From a virus, in IMG/VR virus record IMGVR_UViG_3300037311_000293: a stretch of DNA of 64,000 bases. The stretch is one strand, 5' to 3'. The notes under the pieces were generated by a model, which was not told the origin of the DNA, ran no database searches, and saw nothing but the letters and a program-made list of their open reading frames with translations. The translations under genes and the position numbers were made by a program. Positions 28,223 to 38,524 of the stretch are shown piece after piece; within the stretch, counting starts at the first letter, position 1; every line of letters begins with the position of its first letter.

Positions 28223-28952
28223 CCGGCCTCCGGCTTGACTACCTCGTGGGTGAACAGCGCGTTGGCGACATCCCATGCGGTGTCGGCGTTCCATTCGGTC
28301 GTGGGACCGTCGGCGAAGACGATGCCAACGACCGCCTCCAGTGCGGCGCGGAGCTCGTCGACGTCCATCTCAGGGATCCGATTCTTCATATGACTCCTTG
28401 AGCCTCGACAGATCGACGCGGTACAGCATCTCGCCGCACTCGACACCTTCGGGCTGCGGTTCTCCACCGGCTTGATGGAAGAAGATGTGGAGGTTGCAGT
28501 CACAGCCGAAGTTGCCTTCGGTGAACAAGTACTCAGCGGTGTCGTAATCGTCGTAGGCCTACGGCAGCTCACGGCGAACACCGTCAGCGACGCGCTCGAT
28601 GATCACGATACCCTTCATTCGTCCTCTGCGTTCTGGTCTTCGCGAAGACCGTCGAGCTCCATCTCGAGCAAGGTCTGTAGGTTCTCGAGGAACTCGATGG
28701 TCCATCAGGGGGTGGCGCCGGATACCATCCATCACGACTTCGGCTTCGCGTTCGGGTTTCACTTCTGTCTCCTCTGCCACACGACCTCATCGGCGAGCTC
28801 GAGTGCGGTGACCAAGTCACTGCTGAAGGCGACCTCGCCTTCCCAGACGTCGACGGCGCCGGGATCTCTCAGCGCCTTGACCAACGCCTTGAGGGCGTCA
28901 AGCGGTTCGGTGGCTGCGGCCTTGGCCTTCAGCAGCTCCTGTGCTTTCTTGC

Positions 28953-29294
28953 TCATTGCTTTGCCGCCCGTGCCATGGACAACAACTTCTCGGCGACGAT
29001 CTGAAGACTATCCACAGTCCTCTGATCCAGGTCACCCCAGCCACTGTGAATCGAAATCTCGGAGTTGCTGCCCAGGTGCTCGATCATCAAGTCGAACAGC
29101 GCACGGGCCTCGGAGACCTCTTCGAGCGAGTTCTCGAGTGCCCGGATGACCTGAACGGTCTCTTCGACGGTGTAGAGCTCTTTGTCGAGGTCACGCTGCT
29201 CGATGTTCAGCATCACGCCGTCTACCGTGACGTGGCCGGTACACCAGAACGTCGACGCGTTGTTCAGCGCGTCTTTCTTGATCCGCTTCAACAT
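28953..29294 (-). CDS. hypothetical protein
   Basis: Start MLKRIKK after SD GGAGG. Confidence 0.5.
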   Translation of the reverse strand: MLKRIKKDALNNASTFWCTGHVTVDGVMLNIEQRDLDKELYTVEETVQVIRALENSLEEVSEARALFDLMIEHLGSNSEISIHSGWGDLDQRTVDSLQIVAEKLLSMARAAKQ

Positions 29295-29854
29295 CAGTCC
29301 TCCTCGTAGTTGTCGTAGTCCGGCGCGATGTATTGCAGCAGCGACGCCAACGTGAGCCCCACTGTTGTCGTGCCCCGGCTCGTGGTTTCCGACACCTGGA
29401 CATCGTGCGGCGACGTCATCACGACGTCGCTGCCTCGGCGGATCATGCGCCAAGCAATGTAGGGCTCGTAGTTCTGGTACATGTCGTTGTCGAACTGGAC
29501 GTAGACGTCCTGGTACCACTCCGGGAAGCCAGGCTTGATCTCCGCGGTGTCGGCAACGACATAGAAACCGTGATGCCCCAATGCCTCAGCGGTGGTCAGC
29601 CGAATGCGTCCAGCCATTGGCTGCGACAGAACCGAGTGAGCCATGAGCACGCGTTCTTCGTGATCGATGCTGCTCTGCGCAGGACGCCGGTGCTTGACGT
29701 TGACCCCGAGCAACCAGAGCTCGACGTTGCCGTCTTTCTCCGCAGCGGGGTCGTAAGCGTAGACTGCCTCGGCGACCGTGATGATATCGATGTACCTGTC
29801 GCCCAGTGCGCCGGTTTCGTCAATGCAAACTATTCGGATCTTTCTTGCCATCAA
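29294..29854 (-). CDS. hypothetical protein
   Basis: 186 aa, co-directional. Confidence 0.45.
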   Translation of the reverse strand: MMARKIRIVCIDETGALGDRYIDIITVAEAVYAYDPAAEKDGNVELWLLGVNVKHRRPAQSSIDHEERVLMAHSVLSQPMAGRIRLTTAEALGHHGFYVVADTAEIKPGFPEWYQDVYVQFDNDMYQNYEPYIAWRMIRRGSDVVMTSPHDVQVSETTSRGTTTVGLTLASLLQYIAPDYDNYEED

Positions 29855-30710
29855 TACGCTCCTTGAACAATCGGCGAAGCGACGAGAACCATGCGTCGCC
29901 CTCGGGATACGTGGCAGCCGTCGTGGTGTAGACGCAGATGCGGTCCTTGTGCTTGGGCATCACCACGGCTGCCGCGATGATCTCCCCTGAATCCTTGAGA
30001 GCGTCGATGAGCTCGAGCGCCGACGAAACAGACCCCAAGGATTCCGCAGTCCGGTAGGCATGATGGGTTCCGTAGCGCTGCCTCACGACGACGTGGATGA
30101 GCTCGGCGTTGTCGTGCATCAGGTTACGGACGGACTTCAGCCCTTCTTCGATCACGCCGCGCACGACGTTGTCGATGTCTGCCGACAGATCATTGGCTGG
30201 CAGGTAGAACGATGCAGTGCCCTTGGGTACTGCGACGTGGGACGAGGTCAGGAGCTCTTGCATCACGGTGTCCAGATTGGTGAACGCCGTACCGAACAGG
30301 CTGACGCCGTACTTGGCCACTTCCTCGACGTACTCCGTGGTGATGTCGTTGCCGCTGGCGTCGACGACACGGGCGAAGAGCGGGGCACTACGCCGGATCA
30401 CCAAGATGAGCAAGGCATCGTTCTTGGTCGAATCGGCCCTCCTGATCATCGGCGCCAGCCAACAGATGGCATCCAGCGTGGGGTCTTTCTCGAGAAAGCA
30501 GACCTCGAGGTGCATCTCGGCCATCTCGAGAGCCAGATTCTTCGGCGCCCAGGCGACATCATCGGTATAGGAGACCGTGTGACCCTGGCGCTGCGTGATG
30601 TAGGCCGCGCATTGCGTCGATGCGATCAGCTTCTTGGCGTTCTGCACCGCAGACTTCGTGAGGCCATCGATGACGTCTTCTACTGTGCCTTGTGCTGTGT
30701 GTCGTTTCAT
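29820..30710 (-). CDS. hypothetical protein with two internally similar halves
   Basis: Start MKRHTAQ; contains DASGNDIT.E, similar to the LAEDRSY-family motif. Confidence 0.5.
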   Translation of the reverse strand: MKRHTAQGTVEDVIDGLTKSAVQNAKKLIASTQCAAYITQRQGHTVSYTDDVAWAPKNLALEMAEMHLEVCFLEKDPTLDAICWLAPMIRRADSTKNDALLILVIRRSAPLFARVVDASGNDITTEYVEEVAKYGVSLFGTAFTNLDTVMQELLTSSHVAVPKGTASFYLPANDLSADIDNVVRGVIEEGLKSVRNLMHDNAELIHVVVRQRYGTHHAYRTAESLGSVSSALELIDALKDSGEIIAAAVVMPKHKDRICVYTTTAATYPEGDAWFSSLRRLFKERIDGKKDPNSLH

Positions 30711-31318
30711 CGGCTTCTGTGGTGGGATTTGTTTGGGACACCGCTGCCTTTCCATTGCGGCGGCTTCCACGTCGGTTTGAGATCAGGAGTCAACAACCCG
30801 AGCCGCACGGCTCGGTGTTCGGCTTCCTTGTACCAGCCCTCATCGCGCATGTACGACTTGAAGTTGGTATCGAACGGCCCGTTGGGTCCGATAAACGAGA
30901 TCGTCGTGGCCTCTTGGTAGTAGTCGGCGGCATCCAAGAACTTCTTCCTCGCCTCTGGAACATGCGGACCTTCCTCGACCAACTTGCACACCACACGCCA
31001 CTCAAAGGGCAACAGGATGTAGCCCTCACAGACATGGAACGACTTTTCTCCGAGCGTCACGTGTATGACCTCGTGGATGAGCTGTGCAGCATCCATGGCG
31101 CCCAGAATCAAGCGCCCTGCCGTGATCGTTCGTAGTTCCCGTCTGCCTTCGAGGTAGTGGTCGAAATCTGACTTCAGCCCGTTCTTCACGTGCTTCCTGA
31201 ACCAGCGCACGCCGTACTTCAGACAGACCCGGCGGACGCACCAGACGTAGAATGCTGTGTTGCGATCTTTCTCCGTCTGCATCATGCGGATGTCGTCGAC
31301 CCATTCAGTATCGATCAT
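30707..31318 (-). CDS. hypothetical protein
   Basis: Start MIDTEW. Confidence 0.45.
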   Translation of the reverse strand: MIDTEWVDDIRMMQTEKDRNTAFYVWCVRRVCLKYGVRWFRKHVKNGLKSDFDHYLEGRRELRTITAGRLILGAMDAAQLIHEVIHVTLGEKSFHVCEGYILLPFEWRVVCKLVEEGPHVPEARKKFLDAADYYQEATTISFIGPNGPFDTNFKSYMRDEGWYKEAEHRAVRLGLLTPDLKPTWKPPQWKGSGVPNKSHHRSR

Positions 31319-31926
31319 CTTTGCCGGCCCACCAGATGACTCTGTACCCCGCCACATTGGTGAGGCTTTCGAACCACTTCTGACCTTCTGTCATGTAATG
31401 CCTCCAGTGATCGAAGTCTTCGTCACTGGTACGGGCAACCACCCAGTCGGGGACGCTAACGGCATGGCGTTCCCAGGTGCCGTTTTCGAAGAACACGGCG
31501 ACGTCGACACTCACGTACTTCGGCATTCGCCTTTCGATGCTGGCGCTGGTCTCGATGACGTAGCTGCCCGGTAGCTTCGAGACATACTCGATGATGGCCT
31601 CAGCGAGCTCTGCTGTGCTGCCATAGCAGGCCACACGAAGGCGAATGATGGCCTTGTAGGTATTCACGATCAGAATCCCTTTGGTCTGTTTTCTTTGATC
31701 CGCTGGATCGTGTCTTCGTAGATGTAGAGGAGGTAGTCCTTCCTGAACGGAAAGAACTCTTTGACCATCACTCGACAAGCGTTCTTCTTTTCGTAGTCTT
31801 GCATGAACGGCCAGATCGGGATCTCGATGACCATGCCGAGCAAGACTACGAGCCACAGGAACATCAGGACGAGATAGACGCTCAGCGAGTTAGCTATCAC
31901 TGTGCCAACAACTAGCACGCGATAGA

Positions 31927-32433
31927 TCATACGGGCTCCGGATCGAACTCGAACCCCGAGCGCTTTACCGCAGTACTGGCTTCGCCGAGTGCCAGCTTGA
32001 ACTGCTTGCGGACGTCGTGGACCCCATGGACCCTGCGGTATGGTTGCTTGTCGTTGCGAGCAACAGACATCCGGTGACTGAGTAGCTTGATCACCTCGAT
32101 GGTCTCTGGTGTCCGTGCCTTTTCCGTGGCGCGGAAGACGTCGTCGAAGCTGTCGAGCACCACAGCAGTGAGCTCGGGCTTCAGCGTGCCAACGGAGTAG
32201 TCGATCATCCATGTTTCCGCGGCCAGGAAAAACCTCGCTGCTGCGGGATCGAGGATGGCCTTGTCACGGGAGATCTCGGTTTTGGCGTTCTCATCAGATT
32301 CTAGCCCGAAGAACACCGACACGTTCTGGATGCGGAGCGCACCGTATTCGTTGACGACTTGAACCCAGAGCACAGAGACCGTGTGATCCTTGATCAAGTT
32401 GCACAATGCCTGTGCGGCTTCTGAAAAGCTCAT
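31927..32433 (-). CDS. hypothetical protein
   Basis: SD GGAG; 168 aa. Confidence 0.45.
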   Translation of the reverse strand: MSFSEAAQALCNLIKDHTVSVLWVQVVNEYGALRIQNVSVFFGLESDENAKTEISRDKAILDPAAARFFLAAETWMIDYSVGTLKPELTAVVLDSFDDVFRATEKARTPETIEVIKLLSHRMSVARNDKQPYRRVHGVHDVRKQFKLALGEASTAVKRSGFEFDPEPV

Positions 32434-33578
32434 GTGCTCTCCTTGACGATGTAGTTGTGGTGGGCGACCGGCGTCGGCAGCTCGGCGCCTCTGATGTGTG
32501 GCTCGATCCAGATCTTCTTCCGCTCGGCCCGCGCTTTGCCATGGGCCTGATTGCGCCAGTGCCCTCGAACCAGAGTTCGGTACGTCAGCGCCTCGCCGAC
32601 ACCACCCTTGGCCACGGCCTCGCGGAAGACGGCAGATACCTCGACGCTGGTGCCGACGAGGAAGACTCGGTCATTCTTGAGCCGAGCAATACGATCTCTA
32701 GTGACCTGCCTGAGTTGCTTCGGCTTCTTGCCTTGCATCAGCCGAGCGATTTCTTGCTCGTGCTGGAACACGACGTCGGCCTTCTCGGATGACATGTAGA
32801 GGCAGAGATTGCAGACGAAGCGAAGAAGCGCGGCTCGTGCGTCCTCACCGGCGAGCTCGGTGTTGACGAGGCGGATGCGCATCGTCTTCGACCGTGTCGC
32901 CCACTCGTCCTGAAGCGTCGGCGTGTTGTAGTGCAGGTGCATCCCCGCCGACACCTCAGCCGTAGGATCAGACGTATTGTAGACGAAGAAGGACCAACTG
33001 TCGTCGAAAGGGTTCTTCGACCGCTCGTTGGGCATTCCCTCCATCATCACGAGAAGGCGCTTACCCGGAAGGACGGCGGTGACAGAAGGATCACCCTGTG
33101 CCGCCCCCAGATCCACCGTTTCCTGCGTGATCTCCCCAGAGGCAATCGCCAGACTGCGGACTTCGTGGTATCGCGTAGTGCGATCGTAAGTCCACAAGAT
33201 CCCCGGAGGAATCTCGACACGAAAGCCCTCCATGGGTAGCCGGACATCACCGACTACCACACCCTTCATCTCAGTGGCCAAGAACTTGTAGGTCAGGCCC
33301 TCGCTGATCACAAACCAGTTCGTGGTTGGTGTCCGCATCCGCATACGAGCAGTCACCCAGCCCATGAGTGCGCTGTCGAAGTCCAGGTTAGGCCGCTGCT
33401 TCTTGACTTCTTCGTCGTGATAGAGCGCGCTGAACCACGAGGGTCCGCCGTTGTCGAGAAGTTTCCCGAACGCTTTGATCGAGATCAGGTCTTTGAGCTC
33501 CACAAGATCTCGGTGGAATGCTTGCTTGCGCTTCCACTTGTCTTCGATCCTGCTCTGTAGCGTCTCGAAATCAGCCAT
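32430..33578 (-). CDS. phage protein with C-terminal VRGHWR.Q...IWI.P motif
   Basis: Start MADFETL after motif plus SD GAGGAG; the C-terminal motif recurs in phage proteins of unknown function. Confidence 0.6.
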   Translation of the reverse strand: MADFETLQSRIEDKWKRKQAFHRDLVELKDLISIKAFGKLLDNGGPSWFSALYHDEEVKKQRPNLDFDSALMGWVTARMRMRTPTTNWFVISEGLTYKFLATEMKGVVVGDVRLPMEGFRVEIPPGILWTYDRTTRYHEVRSLAIASGEITQETVDLGAAQGDPSVTAVLPGKRLLVMMEGMPNERSKNPFDDSWSFFVYNTSDPTAEVSAGMHLHYNTPTLQDEWATRSKTMRIRLVNTELAGEDARAALLRFVCNLCLYMSSEKADVVFQHEQEIARLMQGKKPKQLRQVTRDRIARLKNDRVFLVGTSVEVSAVFREAVAKGGVGEALTYRTLVRGHWRNQAHGKARAERKKIWIEPHIRGAELPTPVAHHNYIVKEST

Positions 33579-33595
33579 GTATCTCTCCTCACAGG

Positions 33596-33603
33596 CTGAT
33601 AGG
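33596..33603 (-). promoter_or_regulatory. recurrent motif CCTATCAG
   Basis: After hairpin GAGAGGC/GCCTCTC and a T-tract; before GAGGAG. Confidence 0.55.
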
Positions 33604-33633
33604 GGCAAAAGAGAGGCGTATTGCCTCTCTGGA

Positions 33634-33870
33634 TCAGAGGATCTTGTAGATGACAAGACCGTGCGACACGCGCTTGGTGAGCTCCTCAACAAGAAGGTCC
33701 CGCTGATCACGCAAAGAACGCAGCATGAGGGATATGGTGTCTTGTGGTGTCAAGCCATCACGCACGGCGATCTCGAAGACGTTGCGTAATATGGCGTCTC
33801 GATTCAGATCGTTTTCCGTAATGCCGTACGCCATCAGTTCCGCGAAAAGGCGTTCTCGGCACTCTACCAC
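33634..33870 (-). CDS. small helical protein
   Basis: 78 aa. Confidence 0.4.
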   Translation of the reverse strand: MVECRERLFAELMAYGITENDLNRDAILRNVFEIAVRDGLTPQDTISLMLRSLRDQRDLLVEELTKRVSHGLVIYKIL

Positions 33871-34225
33871 AGATCCTCCGTGGTCAATCTTCCTGGTGAG
33901 AGCTCCTGAGACTGGCGTAGCTGACCGGCGACGCGTGCAAGACCGAGGGCTTCTTCACGAGACACCCAACGACCCCGTGACGTCATGAAGCCCTGCATGT
34001 TCAACCGAATGCCTGCGACCCATGACTGCCCGTGATGGGCCAATGCGTAGGCATGGATCAGAACGTGATGCCGTGCTGGGCGCGGAAGCGTCCAGATCAC
34101 ACCATCGACGAGCAACGCCGCCGTGGTGATCATCTCCGGTGTCTTTTGTTGAAGACAGTGGTTGCACAGTCGCTTGAGCGTCCTGCAATGGCACTTGTTG
34201 TAGATCAGACTTTCGTCCTCGAGAT

Positions 34226-34696
34226 TCATCTGTAAGCCTCCAAAGCCCGTTTGTATGCACGAAGAAGCGGACGCACCCGACGCAGCGGCAACAACCCGAG
34301 ACGCGTGAGATCGGCGATGACACGCTGAGGCTCCGTTGTACCATCGAGCCAACTGTGATCCATGAAGACGCCGTTCACGGCATCAGGCGGAGATTCAACA
34401 CGGACCAAGAACTCGATGCCTAGCAGTGACGCGCGCTCTTCTTCGTCCAATGCCGTGCGTGCGGACACCTCGCCACCTTCGCCCGCGGGGCTGCCAAGAC
34501 CGAAGTGTTTCTTCATCCGACGAGACGGTGGCGCAGCGACCCAATGACCCATCTCATGGGCCAGGTCTTCTACGCGATCGGCGAGATGCCCGACTCCCGG
34601 AAGAAAGCCGGGCCAGGGACCATAAGCCCAGCGAACTCCAATACGCCTGGCCAGTTGCTGCAACCGAAGTCCATCTGCTCTGTTGAGATCGTCCAT
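34226..34696 (-). CDS. HExxH protein resembling the EF-P hydroxylase (EpmC/YfcM) motif
   Basis: LAHEMGHWVAAPPSRRMKKHFG resembles HE..HW..A...RR...(D/H)FG; EEERA downstream. Confidence 0.4.
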   Translation of the reverse strand: MDDLNRADGLRLQQLARRIGVRWAYGPWPGFLPGVGHLADRVEDLAHEMGHWVAAPPSRRMKKHFGLGSPAGEGGEVSARTALDEEERASLLGIEFLVRVESPPDAVNGVFMDHSWLDGTTEPQRVIADLTRLGLLPLRRVRPLLRAYKRALEAYR

Positions 34697-35068
34697 CCTA
34701 CACCGCGCGCAGCTTCGGTCGCTTCGGTTTATCTGGTTCCGTCTCGGCGAAGGTGATGATGAGCTTCGGCGCGTGATACGTGTTCTGATCGCCGGCGCTA
34801 GCGTACGCCATGAAGCGGATGACGCCCTCCCATTTCACCGTGACCGGACGAGCCACACCGCCGAACGACACGCCGTGAAGTACGAGAAGATCGTCAGTGA
34901 TCTGGATGTCGACGGGACGAACCATACCGTGACCGGTGTGAAGCGCGATCTCCTCGGCCGGGTTCTTGTTCTCCGGCAACCCCGTCGCTGCCGCAGTCTT
35001 GATGAGCAAGAGCCCAAAGGGTACGTCTTGACTAAAGGCTTGAAAGAAAGCCTTGGCGCTGATCTGCA

Positions 35069-35461
35069 TCACTCCTCCTCCCTGTCTTCTGCCCACTTCG
35101 TCACGAACATGTTCACCACCCCGCGCTGAGCGAAGAACAGAACCAGGCTGCTCTGTTCGGTGAACCACTTCATGAAGACTTCCTGCGATCTCAGGTCGTT
35201 CACCCACTGCGGTACTGTGACGTGATCGGTGACCCACGTGTTGTCTGCGCGAAGACACGCAACCTCAAGGAGCACTACAGGCATGTGGTAGAACGACGTG
35301 TTCTCACGCACCTGATCAAGCAAGTTGTCGACCTCTGCCAGCACACGCCGTGTCACGCGCGTAGACTGATTCGGTGTGATCGACAGACCGCGATACTTCT
35401 CTTTGTAGTGCTTCAACGAACGAGTGATATCGGAGATCATTTGCGTAGCTCGGCTAGCCAT
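35069..35461 (-). CDS. hypothetical protein
   Basis: 130 aa; SD GAGGAG. Confidence 0.45.
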   Translation of the reverse strand: MASRATQMISDITRSLKHYKEKYRGLSITPNQSTRVTRRVLAEVDNLLDQVRENTSFYHMPVVLLEVACLRADNTWVTDHVTVPQWVNDLRSQEVFMKWFTEQSSLVLFFAQRGVVNMFVTKWAEDREEE

Positions 35462-35630
35462 CGTCCTCCTCGAGATCCAGTTGCTTGTTTTGTCGTATAA
35501 TGATCATCAACGGCTTACCGCAGCGCATCACAACGACGCGACCCCGCTTGGCAAGCCGGATTGCCGATACGGGGTCTGAGAGGAACTCTTCCTCAGTGAT
35601 CGTGATCTCAGAGCTTCCGTCGTCCGACAT
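35454..35630 (-). CDS. small Phd/YefM antitoxin-like protein
   Basis: ITEEEF.SDP.SAI..AKRGRVVVMRCGKP.MII resembles the Phd N-terminal pattern. Confidence 0.35.
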   Translation of the reverse strand: MSDDGSSEITITEEEFLSDPVSAIRLAKRGRVVVMRCGKPLMIIIRQNKQLDLEEDDG

Positions 35631-36732
35631 GAAAGGTCTTGACCTTGCCGAAACGAGGGATGCCATCCGGCGTGCGTTGGGCGAAGTACTTCACGGTGGC
35701 CTGCCCGCCGATGTACTCGGCGCGTCGGCGCAAGATGTCTTTGCGCTCGGCAACGGTGCCTGTGATGTCAGCCTTGAAGATGACATCGGGATTGGTGTCG
35801 AGCCGAAGATGAGCGATCTTGGCGCCCCCGGCGGCGTTACCGACCCCTTCTTCGATGTCGACCACAACGAACTCGGAGTCCACGAACTCCTTACGCTTCA
35901 GCAGTAGCGAACTTCGCTTCTGCTCGTAAGGCCCGCTGATCCTGATCATCTGACCCTCGTAACCCGCATCGAGGTAGCTGGCGTAGTAGGCGTCGAGCTC
36001 GTCTCGGTCGTGGACTACTGCGGTGCTCACCGCAACCATTCCGGTGAGGTTCGCGACCTCGTGTGCGGACTGGATACGCGCATGAGTGGATTCCTCCCCG
36101 GCGCTGCCGGCGACGTCGAAGATGTGGTATTCGATCATCTCCTCGGAGTTGCGGATGTCGAGATCTGTGAGCTTCGTCTTCTTCGTCAAGCTGACGATGG
36201 CGTTGAAGTCCTCGCGAAGATCGTGGTTGTAGAGCTCGCCGTCGATGATGAGTCCCGGCCGGCTGCGGAATACTGGACGCAGCGCCTCCATGATGTGGGG
36301 CGTCGCCACGATCGGGTTACCGAGACGACTGAACAGCCCCGATGACGTAGCGATGCAGCGAATGCCGTCGAGCTTGGGTTGAACCAGCACGTACGATCCC
36401 GAGCAATGCGCGACCCACACTTTGTCATGATAGTCGTCGTAGTTCTTGGCCAACATGGGCTTGAACTTAGTGGACGCCTCGGCTTCCCCGATGCTGGGGA
36501 GATAGCCTTCCTTGGTCTTCTTGGTGTAGTTGGAGTCGACCTCCAACGACGCCTGCTGGATCGGGGTGGTCTCGTTGCTGCGGCCGACGTTCTTGGCTTG
36601 AGCCTCCGTCCACGCCGAGGTCACGATCTGCCCGCCGACCTGTCCACTATGCGTGCGGTAGCGGTGGCCCTGTTGCTCTTGCCACCACACCTGAACCGCG
36701 CCTGTTGCCGTCTTCTTGTAGAGCTTGTGCAT
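35608..36732 (-). CDS. ATP-dependent DNA ligase
   Basis: Start MHKLYKK; KPMLA, motif I QPKLDGIRC, IIDGELY, FDV, EGQM, LLKRKEF, PRFG. Confidence 0.9.
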   Translation of the reverse strand: MHKLYKKTATGAVQVWWQEQQGHRYRTHSGQVGGQIVTSAWTEAQAKNVGRSNETTPIQQASLEVDSNYTKKTKEGYLPSIGEAEASTKFKPMLAKNYDDYHDKVWVAHCSGSYVLVQPKLDGIRCIATSSGLFSRLGNPIVATPHIMEALRPVFRSRPGLIIDGELYNHDLREDFNAIVSLTKKTKLTDLDIRNSEEMIEYHIFDVAGSAGEESTHARIQSAHEVANLTGMVAVSTAVVHDRDELDAYYASYLDAGYEGQMIRISGPYEQKRSSLLLKRKEFVDSEFVVVDIEEGVGNAAGGAKIAHLRLDTNPDVIFKADITGTVAERKDILRRRAEYIGGQATVKYFAQRTPDGIPRFGKVKTFHVGRRKL

Positions 36733-36745
36733 GTGTCCTCGGGAT

Positions 36746-36753
36746 CTTATAGG
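36746..36753 (-). promoter_or_regulatory. recurrent motif CCTATAAG
   Basis: Directly after the terminator T-tract and before GAGG-ATG. Confidence 0.55.
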
Positions 36754-36762
36754 CCAAAAGAA

Positions 36763-36786
36763 AAGGGCGGGATTTCTCCCGCCCTT
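36763..36786 (-). terminator. rho-independent terminator
   Basis: AAGGGCGGGA/TCCCGCCCTT stem, followed by TTCTTTT. Confidence 0.75.
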
Positions 36787-36805
36787 GTTCTCGAGCTCGC
36801 TGGAC

Positions 36806-37144
36806 TCAGCCCTCTTCGCCCTCGACCACCTGACGCTCGGCGCGCGCCTTCTTCGCCTTGGCCGGCTTGGTCTTCTTCGCCGGCTTCGACTTGGTCGCCG
36901 GCTTCGCCTTCTCGGCCTTCGCCTTGGCGGGCTTGGTGGCCTTCGCCTTGGCCGGCTTGGCCTTCTTCGCCGCGCGCTTGGACGCGCCACCGCTGGCCTT
37001 GCTCGAGTACTTCGTGCTCGCGAGATGACGCGAGACGCCCGTGGCGAGAAGGCGGCGCTTTGCCTCCGCCGGGGTGATCTCCCGCTCCTTCGCGTACTGC
37101 TCGACGAACTTCTCGACTTCGGCCGTGCTCAACTCTCGGGGCAT
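36806..37144 (-). CDS. Lys/Ala-rich histone H1-like DNA-binding protein
   Basis: KPAKAK repeats; strong SD AGGAGG; very biased codons. Confidence 0.65.
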   Translation of the reverse strand: MPRELSTAEVEKFVEQYAKEREITPAEAKRRLLATGVSRHLASTKYSSKASGGASKRAAKKAKPAKAKATKPAKAKAEKAKPATKSKPAKKTKPAKAKKARAERQVVEGEEG

Positions 37145-37870
37145 GTGCTTCCTCCTGTAGAAGGACAGCAGATCGCTGTCCCAGATCTCATAGACGGATC
37201 AGAGGTCTTACTCTACACACCCCGGATCTGGGCGCAAGACCTTTTGTGCGGATCGGTCAAAAATCCTCCGGATCGTCTTCGTCCTCGTCCCCCAGCATCG
37301 TCGAGCTCTTCGGCATCCAGGTTGTCGTCGATGTGCTCGGCGACGTGAGACCAGAACTCTGCGAACGTCAGATCCTCCTCATCGAAGTCCTCGAGAACGG
37401 TATCGATGATCTGGTGCATCCGCTTGGTAAACACGTGTTTCTTCATGATTGTCCCCGTAGTAGTTGTGATGCCCGCGCCAGCGTCTCGTACAGATCTGGG
37501 AGCGGCGGACCCGCTGATACTACAAGCGCAGCGAAGTCCACAACGGCGGCGCGACCCGTGCGGTAGAGGTCAAAGGAGGCGTGAAGAACAGCTACCGGCC
37601 GACCCTGCGCCGTAGACCTGGAGAACGCAGCGGCGTACGACTTCCCCGCCACGAGCTCGAGCGCTAGGTCTTGCTCAACCCAAAGCAGCGGGGCAGCAAC
37701 GATACGGTGGTCCTTGTAATCGACCCACCGTGCTTGATCTGCCCACGCCACCTTGTTCGGTCCGGCGAACAGCTCGAGCTCATTCATCGGAAACCCCAGA
37801 AGGCTCGTTCTGAATCTCAAGCCGGGCCGCCCCGCACCGGATGCAAGACGCTGTCTCTGCGCCGAACCCG

Positions 37871-38524
37871 CTAGTCACCAGAAGAAGCGTCCCCTTCCTG
37901 AACGCCGGATTCGGGTACGCCAAGATCTTCTTCTTGGCTCCGCATTTCTGGCACTTGAGCTCCATATGGTACCTGTAGTCCATAGATAGTCCCCGAGATC
38001 ACTTTCTGTTCGAGCCAGGTCAGTGATACTTCGAGTGCCTGCGCATGTCTACGTCGGAGCTCGACTTCTACGCTCGAGGCCTGTGCTGCGCATGTTGAGC
38101 ACAGCAAGACCTTTCTCCAGATCGTAGTGTTGGCCGCGGTCAGCGGTACCTTACAGCTCATGCAGTCCACGTCGAGGCCTCTCTCTTCCTTGATCTCGCC
38201 GACTGCGGCGAGAAGATAAGGATACGTCGAGACCCGATCGACCTTCATCGAGAAACGACCAGCATGGCCGATCAGATCTGCGCGCACTATACCCAAGACG
38301 TCAAAGACTTGCTGAGGAATGGCTGCAAGTGACGCATCTGGGCGCCCTTGTTCCGCCGCCTTCTGTAGAAGCGAGCGTCGAGGTATCTCTGGCAAGTTGA
38401 TCAGCAACCGATAATCAAACCCCTTCTTGTCCAGAGCGTGAAGAAGAAGGGCTTTGAACATCTTCACATGGAGATCGAAGGGATCGAAAGGCCCGGAGAG
38501 GTCACCACCAGTCGTAGCGCTCAT
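37871..38524 (-). CDS. hypothetical protein with Zn-finger
   Basis: CMSC...CSTC. Confidence 0.45.
   Translation of the reverse strand: MSATTGGDLSGPFDPFDLHVKMFKALLLHALDKKGFDYRLLINLPEIPRRSLLQKAAEQGRPDASLAAIPQQVFDVLGIVRADLIGHAGRFSMKVDRVSTYPYLLAAVGEIKEERGLDVDCMSCKVPLTAANTTIWRKVLLCSTCAAQASSVEVELRRRHAQALEVSLTWLEQKVISGTIYGLQVPYGAQVPEMRSQEEDLGVPESGVQEGDASSGD

Noticed and set aside
31930-32000. GGATCGAACTC stretch resembling a tRNA T-arm complement
   Set aside because: No cloverleaf; it encodes the FEFDPEPV C-terminus of a CDS.
36840-36980. Repetitive GCCTT/GGCTT tract
   Set aside because: Explained by the Lys/Ala repeats of the histone-like protein.
35608-36990. ORF-track N-terminal extension of the ligase (Arg/Pro-rich)
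   Set aside because: It reads through the histone-like gene and a terminator; the real start is ATG 36732 after motif and SD.
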